Shown here: in pieces, positions 41,437-54,139 of the stretch
Numbering within the stretch: the stretch's first letter is position 1
Layout of the letters: every line of letters begins with the position of its first letter
Source of the DNA: Callorhinchus milii
Taxonomy: Eukaryota
Reading direction: 5' to 3'
Length of the DNA: 64,000 bases
NCBI RefSeq assembly: GCF_018977255.1
Contig: NW_024704742.1
Location: forward strand, 42,162,001-42,226,000
The notes under the pieces: generated by a model
Database searches by the model: none
Told to the model about the DNA's origin: nothing
Seen by the model: the letters and a program-made list of their open reading frames with translations, nothing else
Made by a program: the position numbers and the translations under genes

Positions 41437-42671
41437 ATTTTAATGTCCAGGAAAGAATGTTACATTAGGAGACCATCCAATAGGACATGGTTTCAGCAAA
41501 CCAATGCATCAATGACCAGATGTTAGCACCAGGTTCTAAGCCCTGTGACCTTCCCTTCCTTCATTCCAGTCACTTGGATTCAATAGAAAATCACTGAAGG
41601 TTAAACCCTTTCAGGACTGGAGGGTATTTTTTAATTATGGGCAGGACCATGCTCCTGCTTAAAAATTGCAGAATTTTTTTGTCAAATAAAGCTTCAGTGC
41701 AAAATGTTCTGGAATGCTCAAAATCCATTGGAGAGTGTCTCTAATTCACTGGTAACCACTCTCCAGCATCCATAGTGGTTTGAGTAAAATGAAACAAACC
41801 AAACTTGCTTTGTCCCTGGATGCTGTGCACAGAAGCTGTTGCTTTCCTCAGTATTCTGCTCTCAGCCCTCCGGGTATCCAAACACTTCTGATACAGAAAA
41901 TCAGAGACTGATGCTTCAAAATCACTTCCATTTAAAAGTTGGTGTCAAGCAGAATTTATATTTAGCAAGGAGAAATGATCAGTTAAAAGGTTTCCGAAAG
42001 GGTTTCTTTTTTGTGTTCCATTTTGTATCTGATGATAAATTTGAGTGCTTGGCAAAGTGAAATTTGGTTGTCCTCTGTGCTTTTACTTGTTTGATAGTGG
42101 TTACCAGAGACTGATATCCAGGGCTGCGTTTGAATGAGAGAATTCTCCTGGTCTCGCCAAGGATGGTGGAATTAACATGCAGCTGTGCTCCTCTGATAAA
42201 TGGATTCTGTTAGGTCACCGAGGGGAACACTGTGACATTAAGTGATTTACAGTCCTTTTCCTTAATGAAATTGTTTCAGTGAGATGATGCTGAAAGCTTT
42301 TAATGGATAGCTTTTCTTGATGTAATGAAATTGCATTCCGTTGGCATTTAATATAAGGAGCGGTTATTATTTACTGGAGCTTTCCTGCGCTTCTCTTGCT
42401 GCAAAGCTCTCGGGAAGGACAAACGTTTTCAGGTGTTCGGTGCAGACTTAAAAACAATTCTAATGCCAGAGATATTTTAGAGCGGGAGAGCATGTGCTTG
42501 TGTATCTGTCGATGTGTAACAGAGAGAGAGAGAAAGAGAGGGAGAGCACCTGTAAGAGCACTTCCACAGTCGCAGGCCTGGTTACAGAGTCAGCATAGAT
42601 GGAAGCTTTAGGGTACCTAACACTGCTAATGTTCTGCTTCTTTACGTTTATCCTGCTAATCTGTTTAACAG

Positions 42672-42743
42672 GCAACTGGATTACAACCTAATCAGCTGCA
42701 TTGAGGATGGAGCGTTCCGAGCTCTGCGAGACCTGGAAGTGCT
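42672..42743 (+). CDS. slit2: Slit2 coding exon (exon 6 equivalent): [24 protein letters not shown]
   Basis: ttaacAG acceptor and GTGAGT donor; 72 nt; in frame with the previous exon. Confidence 0.97.
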
Positions 42744-45181
42744 GTGAGTACTGCTTCAATCTGGCTGTGAAAGGCAGCCCTTCAGTCAGGGATAACAGAC
42801 ATGTTAGTTTATGTAAAGGTTGCAGTGCTTTTGTGTTAGGCTAATAGCTGTAAAAGATTTATGATATATTCAAGAACGATTCTCACTCCACATTTCAAGC
42901 TCTGCAAAAGTCCCAGAGACTAAAGAGACGCCTCCTCTACATTTCTCGTTTAACTGCCCACGCAGGGGAGAGTAGGCATGTACTCGGGAAGGTATTATTG
43001 AAGGCAAAGAGGCAGACGTGGTACCTGACAGAGATGTCAGGTCAAGGAAAAAGAATTTTCATTTGTAAGCCACCTCATTGTATCAATAACGACTCGAAAT
43101 GGTTCACTTTTATTGCTGTCACGTGCAGTGACATTTGTTTCAGATTCGAAAGTAAGACAAAACGTGAGTTGCCCACAGTCGTCTACTATGGGTCAACTGT
43201 ACTCGTGATGAAAAGGTTAACGTCAGTCCTAGACTAAAGCTCATGAGCATGTACAGAAAAAAGCATTAGTTAGAGTCACTGCACAAAACTGAAGGGAGTT
43301 TATGAACAGTACTTAACAGCTGCCAATGGAAACTATAGGGAGTTGTCAGTTCAATAGAATCTGTGATGAAGAGAAAAGCCAAAGCTGGGAAAATCTAGAG
43401 CACATTACACATTCCTGGCATCTTTGGCCTTGTGACTCAGTGGTTTACATTCTTTGGGTATTTGTAGGTATGTGAGGAAGCTAAGAGTAAGTTCCTCTTT
43501 TTGCAAGTATTTTAATCACCCAGATATTTTAAACAAAGGCTATCCCACTCTTCAATTAAAAGGATGGAAGTTTTGCAGAGAGTAGCTCCTTGGCTCCATT
43601 TATTTGTGAAAGGTTAAACCTTTTGGTTTCAGTAGCTGTCAAAGATCAAGTCAATTAATTCTAAACTCTTGACGTAAAAGAAGGAGCCTTGCGGGAAATG
43701 GCACATATTAACTCACGTTAAGCTACTCAGATAAAGGGTTTCCAAGCACCTGATTTACTGCATGCAGTTAAAATGTCTGCTTCTTCTGTTCTTTGGGGGG
43801 AGGGTTGTGGTGCTTTTCTTTGCAGCTCTAGATTCAGTGGGGATGTCTGGGTCACTTTTGCTCACTCGGCTAAATCTAGTGCAGTCCATACCAAATTCTC
43901 TTATTTATAAAAACAAAGCATTGATTTAAGTCCTTGGCTTGCTGTCTTTTAACATTATGGTTAAGATATCTCACCAGGCAACTATAGGTCTGCTTGAGCT
44001 TCACAGGATAAAAGGTCAAAGAAAATTACATTCAGTTTCCAAACCTCTAGTTCATAAAATGGCTATAAAATAGAAGCGCTGTGCAATGTCCTTGAGGAGC
44101 ACGGTCCCTCGGTGTAATCCAACTGAACGGCTGTAAATTATAGTGACCGTTTAGAGAGAAGGAATCTTGTGGAGCTCAGACATCACTGTACCAATGGTGT
44201 TGTGATAACTGTCAGTGTTCAGTAAGATTCCTCTCCGAAAATGTCTGTAAGCTTTTTGCAAGAATGTCAGAGAGAGAGAGAGCAGCTGTCGACATGGTGG
44301 GCAGGGAGTGACCGGGCCACCAGAGGTAGGTTGAATTTGTTTTGAAAGCAAAATTCTGCTGCCTGACCCTATTATTTTTAGCTGGTCCATCTTCCCAAGT
44401 GACTCAAAATGAAGTTGCTTGAAGACACGGTTATTTTACTGACCTAAATTTTAGATTTTTTCCTATGCAACTTCATTTGGTACAAGCATCTGACGATATG
44501 GAGTTTGCCTTATTCAGAAACCACAGGAGCTAAACTGTCATCCTTACCAGGCAATGAATAAACCAAGGTCAGAAATCTCTTTAAAGGCTGCTATCTTTAA
44601 TGGTAACCACATTTCACACAAGGGCATGTGTAATGAACTTCATTTGAAAACAATATTTGGATAAAATGTCACTGATTTTGTAGTAGTTTTCTTGGTAACA
44701 GACAGCCTGTTTTTATGTAACTGGAAACACTGAAAACAAAGTTGTCCAAGCCTTTTGCCTTTATGATTTGCATCTAAATGTTGCCATGCACTGTAATTGC
44801 GTTGTTAAACAGAGCAAGCAGGCGCTCAGTAAAGGCAAGCAAGTGCTATCAGCATTTCAAAGTGAGATAGGGCACAGTTGCTGCTGGTGTCAGAAGGCTG
44901 ACCATGTCCGCCTTTTGAAAGCCCACATTTCCATTCTGTTATAAAGCATACAGTCATGAATAATGATCTTATATCAAATACTCAGTCGTACAGAACAAGA
45001 ATATTTAAAGCAGTTCAATCACAGTTCTTTGAACCGCTCACAAAAAGAGAATACATTTCTTCCCCTCCATCACCAGTCATGGGTTTGCAGCTTTATTATC
45101 AGCAAAGAAACCTCCAGATTAACCCCAGAATCAGGTAGACTTTGATAACCTTGTGAAATTTGAGCATCTCTTGTTTTACAG

Positions 45182-45253
45182 CACCCTTAACAATAACAAC
45201 ATCTCCCGGCTTTCAGTGGCGAGTTTCAACCATATGCCCAGGCTCAGAACCTT
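45182..45253 (+). CDS. slit2: Slit2 coding exon (exon 7 equivalent): [24 protein letters not shown]
   Basis: ttttacAG acceptor and GTAAGT donor; 72 nt LRR exon. Confidence 0.97.
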
Positions 45254-46666
45254 GTAAGTAAAAAAAAGCCATTTCAACATATTTTTACTTTTATGAGCTG
45301 AACCATAGAGGATAAAATAATATGCTTCAAACTAGAAACAAATAACATCACAATTAGAGACTGTATCAGCATGTACAATCTTTCCTTGGGTTTAAATCTC
45401 ATTGTAGCTGCTTCCTAGAGATTATCCTAAAGATATAAATTGAGTGGTCAGAATCAATAGAATGGTTGGTACAAAACACAACAAAAATATATTTTATCTA
45501 GGATGTTCATTCTTTGTGCTACCTTGATGCAAAATGCAAAGTATTAATGCACTGCACTGATGTATGTTTGAACTCAGTTGCGCTGGGATGCCTGTATTGC
45601 AATGTACAATACTTAATTAAAAGTAACCGTCTATCCAATCATCTCTCCATAGTGGAAAATTAGCATGCTAGACTGCGGCCAATGCTTCAATACCCATTAG
45701 GGTGTATTTTGTTAGGATTGAATGCATTGACTAAAAGGATCTGATGAAATTACATTACATAGTCAAAGAAGCATTGCGAGCAGGCAACTTGATTTATGGT
45801 TCTTGGCGTCCTTTATTTTACTTTGAGGAACAGGAAAGCCAGTCTGAAGTAATTTACCTAATTTAAGGGATACATTTATCTGATAGTTTATTGATGGCGA
45901 GGTGCTTTTTGCTTGTTGGAAGGGAGCCATATTCCTATGAAGGTCCTGCCTAGTGAAGCAACTGACTTAATTCCCCTGCTCACTGCCATTTGCGTCTTTT
46001 AATTCCACAGATTGCACTGAGCACGAGTCTCGAGGGAAAGGAATCTGGTAATCCTTTCTCTGTGATTAAACAAAAAAAGGAGGAACTCAGAAAAGGATAT
46101 GAAAGGAGCATTTTATATTGAATTATCATTCTATCTTGTTTAGCAGAAAAGAAATGTCATTTGCTAAAAGGATTTTGGAGGCAGTTTCTATAGAGGCTAA
46201 TCATGACAGAACTTATTGGTATTTTTAATTGGGAGCCAAAGCTTCTATTAGCATTATTTTTTTCTTGCTGACAGTATGTTACCACTGAGATGCAATTTAC
46301 TTTTCTTGTCTTTTGTTAGACTTAAGCTTCCGAATTCCATAATTGGTTTTTTGGCTCTCACATGTTTGCTGAGCCTGTAATACAGTCAAGGGGAAACGCT
46401 CTGAATTGATTTTGTGACGGCTGAGCCAACTTTTATTAATTAATTAATCTCCAGCTAAAAGGCTGCTGTCAGAAGAGTGTTGCTAAAAAAAAACTCGCAA
46501 CTATTGGAAATGGTCTTGTCAAGGAGCTTTAAATTTACAGATGAGATTAAAGGATTGATTCCTCATTTGTTCTCCTTATTACACTAACCTCAGGTCTCTG
46601 AAATTGTGCTGCTCGCTCTCCTTTGCTCATTTCAATGTATTGACTTTCTTCCTTCTTCTTCTTCAG

Positions 46667-46830
46667 TCGGCTCCATTCAAATAACCTGTACTGCGATTGC
46701 CACTTGGCCTGGCTCTCCGATTGGCTGCGGCAGCGTCCGCGAGTTGGGCTGTACACGCAATGCATCGGACCGGGACACCTGAGAGGTCATAACGTTGCCG
46801 AGGTGCAAAAGAGGGAGTTCATTTGCTCTG
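46667..46830 (+). CDS. slit2: Slit2 coding exon (exon 8 equivalent), LRR C-terminal cap of D1: [54 protein letters not shown]
   Basis: (CTT)n cAG acceptor and GTAAGC donor; 164 nt, phase 2-1; LRRCT cysteine pattern. Confidence 0.97.
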
Positions 46831-47898
46831 GTAAGCGGGAGAAAGAACTATGTTAAGACTAAGAGAAATGATTTGCCAGAGGCACGCATCTCGTTAAAAC
46901 TAAAAAGCCATTCTTATAATATTTTCATTTAAGTCTGTATGGGACAGGTATGAGGCAGAGGCACACAGCAGCATTTATAGAAAGAATCAGCGGATTGGGG
47001 TTTGCGTTAACTGGACATCAGTGTTTATCCTTAGTTGAATTTTTCATTGTAGATTTGAAATGTGTAAATATACAGCACTCATTTAAGTATGATCACACTA
47101 TTCTACATTTTTTTTATTAATGCTTATTCTTTACTATGTTGCTGTATGATACAGATTGTCTTAGAACATTTCTGAATTAACATCTTTCGTGACTGTCTGA
47201 GCTTTCTCCCTCCAATTTTGATCTCCATAAAACTGGGAGATGGATGTTTTAATAGTTGCTATGGTTTGTTCACTGTCACTTCTCTTGGTGATCCCAAAGA
47301 TATTGGACCGAATGTCACAGTGTTACCTCTGTAACTACGATCGTGTGTTGGTGCTAAGCTTGCTGTTTCTTTGTTCTTCGAAGTGGACCCATATCTCTGA
47401 TTCTATCACATCTCTGGAGAATGAACCACCTCCGTAAACCGAGATGTTCTGTTTTTTTATTTTAATCTTGCTAAAAAATCAAAATGTAACACTTTAGATT
47501 TCCAATTCCCCTGATAAGGTGGCTCTTCACGGGATGCATAGAATGTGCTTTTTCTGAGATTGTGACTTGATCTTGCCAAAGTGTATGTTTATTCAGGCAT
47601 CGGATAGTGAAAGTTTACTCCATGACCTACTTGTTGGTAGTCCCGGTGTGCTTGCTTTTCATTACTGCGGTTGGCTAGCAAATTGCTCTTAGACATCTTT
47701 TCCCTTTAGGTTTTGGTAAGTATAAGGCGATTCTTTGTTCTTATATTGCTTTACTTTTGTACTGCTTTTCTTACTGTCTAAGGAAGCCTATAACTGATTG
47801 CTTGGAAAGTTAACTACCCGCCTTTGCCTGCAGTCTGCGGAAGGTACCTGCATGGTACTAATCTCATTGTGTTTTCTTTTCTCTCTCCTGCTTTCCAG

Positions 47899-47910
47899 AT
47901 GAGGATGAAG
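47899..47910 (+). CDS. slit2: Slit2 alternative 12-nt microexon encoding DEDE in the D1-D2 linker, with a GC donor
   Basis: TACTAAT branch-point-like motif at 47856-47862, long pyrimidine tract, ccAG|ATGAGGATGAAG|GCAAGT. Phase 1-1 and frame-preserving. It corresponds to the DEEE insert I recall from mammalian Slit2 isoforms. Confidence 0.85.
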
Positions 47911-48210
47911 GCAAGTTTTATTTCTGTCTCGTATTCTGTACTTTGAGTAAGATGTGCTGTCGGGGTCACTCTTTGCTCTGCAGGAATGTGCAGCGTTCTG
48001 TCCAGATATTATAAAGCATTTTAGAATACACCTGGTTCACATTGACACTCCTGTTTGTACAAACTGGCTTTGAACAATTACATTCACTTTCCTTGTCGCT
48101 ATTTAACACCCTCATCCATCACTAGTATAAGGCATGGGGCTTCTGCCCAGTAGTGGATAACGGGTACATCTCAGTGAATTAGAGCAAGTATTTTAACTGA
48201 AGAATCATAA

Positions 48211-48475
48211 GGGCTGAAATTCTGGTTGATGTTTTATATCGCAGCATTATAATTGTACAAATATAAAGTACAAAATTTCCCTCAATTTGATCTGGTGTCT
48301 TATCATTTCATTGAAATATCTCAAAGCACGTTCTAGGATCGACATTGGCGGTGCATTTGTTAGAGAATGCAGTAGCCAATGTGTGCTTGACGATTTAGGA
48401 TTTGGATCGGATTTCCACATTTCAGTTGTGCATCAACAAAGGTGCTACATGTAGCACCAATCGAAATTTCAGCCC
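48211..48475. mobile_element. MITE-like relic with terminal inverted repeats (PIF/Harbinger-like)
   Basis: GGGCTGAAATTCTGGTTGATG at the left end versus the reverse complement GGGCTGAAATTTCGATTGGTG at the right end. TAA on the left flank only. A SINE-tail fragment lies inside. Confidence 0.6.
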
Positions 48476-48779
48476 GATGTTGGATGTCCCGGGCACAACA
48501 ATAAAGCTTTACAGTTCAGCATGTGAACTGAAAGATTTGATATTCTTCTGATTCACTGAGACTTGCCCATTGTGCTTCTCAATATTTGAAAGGTTGCAAA
48601 TTATCTTCACATTTATACAAACTGTTATTGACCACTTGCATTTCTGTGGACAGCTGAAAATGATCTAGGACCAATTTTAAAGATAAGTTAGCTGAACTTT
48701 ATAGTGTGATTGCAATTCGCTTGTGTTTTTTTAAATTACATTTTCTATTTGCATCAATTTTTCTCCCCTCCTCTTCTGA

Positions 48780-49125
48780 AAGTGTTTTAGCTTCTGTTTT
48801 CCTTCTCCTGGGTTGTGGTTTCATAGCTGCCCTACAATATCTTGCCGAAATTTCCATTATTCATGTGTGAACCTTGACAATGAGTGTTAGTAAGACAGAG
48901 ATATCACAGCAAAACCTGGTCCTGCTTTCACCTGACATTCACATACATACAAGTAGCGTTTCTGGATCGGGCGTAGAATGACTGTCGAATTTTTCTCTCC
49001 CTAACTCAAGAATGTTGAAGTCATTTGTAGCACCCTCAAATACTTTCCTATCTGTGATCAAAAAATTTAGATTAGATGGGATTAGAACCTGTGACTTTAT
49101 GGTCTGTATTGTTTCAGTACTTACC
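48780..49125 (-). mobile_element. AmnSINE2-like SINE
   Basis: Reverse complement of the 32565-32925 family. Confidence 0.6.
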
Positions 49126-49894
49126 TTTTAGCGTTTCTACTCATTAAACCATCCTCCGGATAGGTTCCATGTACAGTAGTTATTTTTGAGGTGAGTTATA
49201 GAGAAATTTCATATTTTGGCCGTTTATCATGTTTTATATTGTTATGCACCCCATAATTTAGATCCACTCTCCTCACATAGTCATACTGCAGGGAGAGAAC
49301 AGTCATGTCAGTAATACAGAAGCACTCTTGTCATGGCATTACCACAGCTTCTCAAACACCAGTTGTACTAGGATGCGCACACGCTATTTTTATAGCTAGG
49401 TTCTATTTCTCTCAGAATACCATTTTCTGAACTTGACAGCAAGCTTTTGTCCTCGACAGACTGGGAAGCCATGCTGTTATGGTTACTAGTCATGTGGATG
49501 AAACATACACAGAAAAAGTGCTGCATCCATTTAACCTGAGTGAATTTTTAATTAGAATGAAGTAGTGTTCAGGAGAAAGTATTCAATCCCCTTTGTCAAT
49601 TCAACCCACTGGGTTTATGTGTGTGATACAGTATCATCTGTTTAGTCGGATGATCTAGGTGCTGATTCTAATGTTTTGTTCTATATGACCCATGTTGCTC
49701 ACAGGAAATGTAACCGTGTTGGTACTTGAACTAATTTGTGTAAACAATAGGTTTAAAGTTCCCAAGTATGTCCCGTGAGGCTTTTGCAGCTAAGTGTTAA
49801 ACGCTAGGGTTAAAGTAATTTCCTTCCTCTTCCACACAATTTCAATTTGAATAGAAGTCGTCTTTTCTTCTTAAATACAGCTACCACCTCTGGT

Positions 49895-50180
49895 TCGGCA
49901 ATTACAACTGAGTCATACCGACCATGGAGGCACAGATTTAATTCCTGGACTGTACTGAGTTAGTTTATCTCTGCTAGGGCCAAATCGAAGGTGCTTCACT
50001 TGACTTCAGCATCGCAGGAAAAATCATTCAGGGTGTATTCAGGGATCATTGTTGGAAGTGCAGATGTGTAGGGTTTGGACCAGATAAGACATAGCTGTGA
50101 TTCTCTCCTCCCCCATGTTCAAATAACTTTCAAAGGCACACATGTGAACAATGGCAACTCAGATAAAGTTGGGGGCAGCT
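49895..50180 (+). mobile_element. AmnSINE2-like SINE
   Basis: ctgtactgagttagtttatctc...gaaaaatcattcaggg...agctgtgatt...cacacatgtgaacaatggc. Confidence 0.6.
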
Positions 50181-50775
50181 CTGTTATAAGGTATTGGTAT
50201 GGATCTATTAGCAGTGAAATGGAGTGCTGAAAAATGACCGATGGTCATGAGCTCACCATTGACACCACTTCCAGCCCGTGCGCTATGCATAAGATATCAC
50301 CTCCTTCGCAAAGTGCTTTCTGCACATAGTGTAAGTGTGTGCAAGAAGTGGCAACCTATTAATCCAGACGGGTTATATTTTAACAAGAGAAGCCCCATAA
50401 GTACCCCGGGTCAACAGTGGACATGCGTTATCAAAGTACTCATGTTCAACAAGGACAAAGTCTAATGGGGCCCCTTGTACCTGTGAATCATATTCCAGTA
50501 GAAAGAAAAAGGAAAGGAGGAGGAGGTGAGAAAACTGACAAGAGAAAAACAGAACCCAAATCTTATCTAAATGTTACTGCATTTGTCTGTTCACTGTGAC
50601 TCAGCACTCGATGTATATTTATGGTTGTGAATTGATGCAATTCATGTGAAAGGTAGTTTGCTTAGAAAAGAGTTGTGCGAACGTTATGCAGTATCCAATG
50701 TAAAAGGAAGGGAACCAGATCCCTGGGAATCTCATGATCAAGGATATAGCTTGAAATGTGTTTTCCCTGCTGCAG

Positions 50776-50920
50776 GCCACCAGAGCTCTCTCACACAGTC
50801 GTGCAGCGTCCATTCGAAGTCTTGTCCTGCCGTCTGCACGTGCAGCAACAGTATTGTGGATTGTCGTGGCAAAGGGCTCACCGAGATACCCATCAACCTC
50901 CCGGAGACGATCACTGAAAT
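50776..50920 (+). CDS. slit2: Slit2 coding exon (exon 9 equivalent), LRR N-terminal cap of D2: [49 protein letters not shown]
   Basis: ctgcAG acceptor and GTAAGC donor; 145 nt, phase 1-2; visible inside ORF 50646..50924. Confidence 0.97.
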
Positions 50921-53715
50921 GTAAGCCCACAGCTTCCTTAATCGTGTCGTGTAGTGTGCATGCTACATTTGGTGCGCTTACTTTGTAATTCCCTGGGAGA
51001 TGCCCTCTACCCCATCGAGCCGATCTCAGGAACTCAAAGCAAGATAGAAAGCATCGGTTGGGAAGAGAATTCACATTTTTGTGCCAAAGAGATTATCTTG
51101 GATCTAGTAAACTCAATTAAAAACCGCACCATTGAAAGTTTGTTTCAGTTTGTTCCTGAACATAACAGGTTTTACAGCTGAATCCAACAATTGCTATTGT
51201 TTTCAAATATGTGAGCACTTAATTCCTATTCCTGGATGTTATTCGGTTATATCATTGTTCATGACCTCCCCGCATTTTGCTGACTGATTTAACTCATCCC
51301 CCAAAATCAGAGGTAAATTGTTATTCCACGAATTATAATAATAATCTTGGCACTTGAGATAGTACCAGTCGGGAGGATGTACCAAAGCGATTTGTAGGAT
51401 TTACTGTAAGGTATAGTGACTATATTTTGCAGACAACTAGCATTCAAATGTGAATAAGGTCAATAAGCTCAAAATCTAATAGCGGTCACATTAGACTTCA
51501 GACCCAAACATTGTCATGAAGACAGAAAAGGGGAGGGATTTTGCATGTGGAGCAACTTTTAATTGTTGATTATCTTGACTATATTTAGCAAGGATGTAAT
51601 ATTTATTGCCAATGATAATTATTACATCTCACATACAATTTTTCCCAGTTTTACACTAATGATCTGAATTGGCAGCACACTCAAATGAGCAGTCTTGCTC
51701 TCCTCACTTTTTTTTGTCAGCCGAGTGTCTGGGACCTGTGTAAAAACTCATCACCATGCTTATGAGTATCTATTATCAGACTGAGAGTTCCATCCATGTC
51801 ACCTACACATGGAAATGTTCCTGTATCTGGAAAGGAGTGCACACCCTCTTTCTGGAGGTATGCATTTTGCCTACCTAATCCTGGAAAGTATTAGGTTAGC
51901 ATGAGGCTTGGGGACCCCAAAGTGTATGTTGGGCTACTGCTACAGTTTAACCAGCTGAAAACACATAACATGGCATTGCGAGCATTGTACAACAAGCTTC
52001 CTGCTGCTTGGCCATCTAAGAACACCCTACCCATTAAGGCTTTGGCTTGCAGGACTAACAGGAGTCGAATGGGTATAATCCCTGCTCCTTACTACCATAG
52101 TGAACTGTGCACACAAACCCCAATTCTTTGGTGCCACAATGAAATGAAGTGCCAATTATGAGTTTTGTGTATCTGTGGAGGAAACATTAGGGAGGAGAGT
52201 GATTCCTGCTTTGGGCATTCAACTTCTCTTGCAGGCTAAGTCTATTTGTCTGTGTTTCATGATCTGTTCCCATGCCTTCCTAAACTACAGTTTGAAGAGT
52301 GCAAGCAATTTAGTTACAAGAAATGCAAGGAGAGATACCCAGGCAGAATGCAAAATATTGTGATGAGTCTAGCAAGTCAGGCCAGTAGAGCCTCTGAGAG
52401 TGAGGTCTTCAAAGGAGAGTGGGAGGAGATTCCTGGATTAGGCGAGTGTGATAGATGAGTTTGTTAATGGTATCCCCCTTTGATATGCCAGAGCTAAGAA
52501 TAAACAAACAATCAGAGGGAAACTAAAAGCCCTCACTTAGATGACTGTCCCCTCACTGGGCGGGTGGCCTCGTCTGCTGGTATTGATAGTCACTGAAGAG
52601 TGCGTGCAGATGGATGGGGTGGTTTAGATGTTGAACTCAGTAAGCCTCATTCTACCAAGAAAACAGGTGGATGTTGCCAACAGATAATACATTGTCTTTG
52701 GGGAGTAAAGTGATCTCCCCCACCCCCCACCCCCCTCCCTGGCTTCCACTTCCCCTCCCTTTGATGACTGACCTTCTACAAGTAGTAAGCCAGCAGTGAG
52801 TTCCAATCAGAAGCATAATCTCAGCACAGTGATTCATTCAGTTACGGATGGTTTTCTTTAGTTAACTGCTCATCAATAGATGGGCTTGACACCAAGAGAG
52901 GCTTTAATGTTCCAGACTTCCATATTCGTCTATCTCTCACCCTCATGTTCCTGCTACAGTATAATGTATATCTCACCCTCGAGTACTCTGTGTTCCTCAT
53001 TCAAGCATATCTACTCAGCTCCCTGTATCTTTTACCATTGTGTACCTATTCTATCTCCTGAGTATTTCTCATTCTCATGTCCAGTGTCTAACTCCTCTGT
53101 ATCTCTGTCTGTGTCTCTTATTTTCATTCACACTCTGTTGTGCAGACACACTGACAGTGCATTTCCAAGCCTGGAAAGTTCCCCTGGTATCAGTCAGTTT
53201 GCCTGTCTTCCCCTCTTGTCTCCCATGATCCTGTAGATGTTTCTCAATAATGAGATTTTACCTGTGTGTCAGGAATCTTTGGAAATGCTTTCAGCCCAGA
53301 AGCTGGGATAAATCCCTAGTTGCCTTTTAACAGTCTGTCTTCAGCTTGCTCGCACATGCTTTTGCCATTTACCGTGTGGAGCAGCTGGGAAAACGTGAAC
53401 AAGTTGTTAGTTTGCAGCGTGAAGTGTACAGATGCTGATGGTGCACGGTTATAAAACTGACACTCAGCTTAATCTCCCTTATGGGAGTCTTAGATTAAAG
53501 AGGTGAAATGGTTGAAGTTTGGACCTGCTATGTTTTATAGAATAGTAGAAAAACAGGCTCAGGATACTTTTTTTTTAAAAAAAGCACTCCACAAAATTCA
53601 AAAATCACCATTCAAAAAGCTTAAAAAATTCAAGGGTTTACATAGACATAGACTTCTACGCCATGAAACAGGCAATTCAGACCAACTACCTCATGCCATT
53701 ATTTATAAACCTCCA

Positions 53716-54024
53716 TATCCTTGCATTTTTTTTGATATAGTGCTTTTCACGTCTTCTAGACGTCTCAAAGTTCTTCACAGAATATATTGTAAAGTGAATT
53801 GACTCTATATTTGTAGATGAAACACAGCAGCTAAATGCGCACAGAAATGTCTTACAAACAGTCGTGGATTGAAGTGACCAGTTTATTAATGTGTTTTTCT
53901 CTTGAGGGATTATTATCAGGCGTGTGGAGTAAGGAAACTTGCCCAAGGTTTCACTCTGCCAGGAATCGAACCCAGGTCTCTTGCTTGTGAGGAGAGCGCT
54001 CTAACCACTGAGCTACAGGACTCC
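53716..54024 (-). mobile_element. tRNA-Ala-derived SINE nested in a CR1 3' tail
   Basis: Family match; flanked by ATAAACCTCCA (53705-53715) and ATAAGCCTCCA (54025-54035). Confidence 0.92.
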
Positions 54025-54139
54025 ATAAGCCTCCACATAAACTGCCAACCCTTCTAAATCCCTCTCCCCATACCCCTCCATTCCCTTTCCCTCAAGTATG
54101 GAGGGATTCAAAGTTTAAAAACCCTTTGTTAACTTTTTG

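Noticed and set aside
47834..47843. Possible second microexon cAG|TCTGCGGAAG|GTACCT
   Set aside because: Ten nt would shift the frame, the donor is weak and I know of no counterpart.
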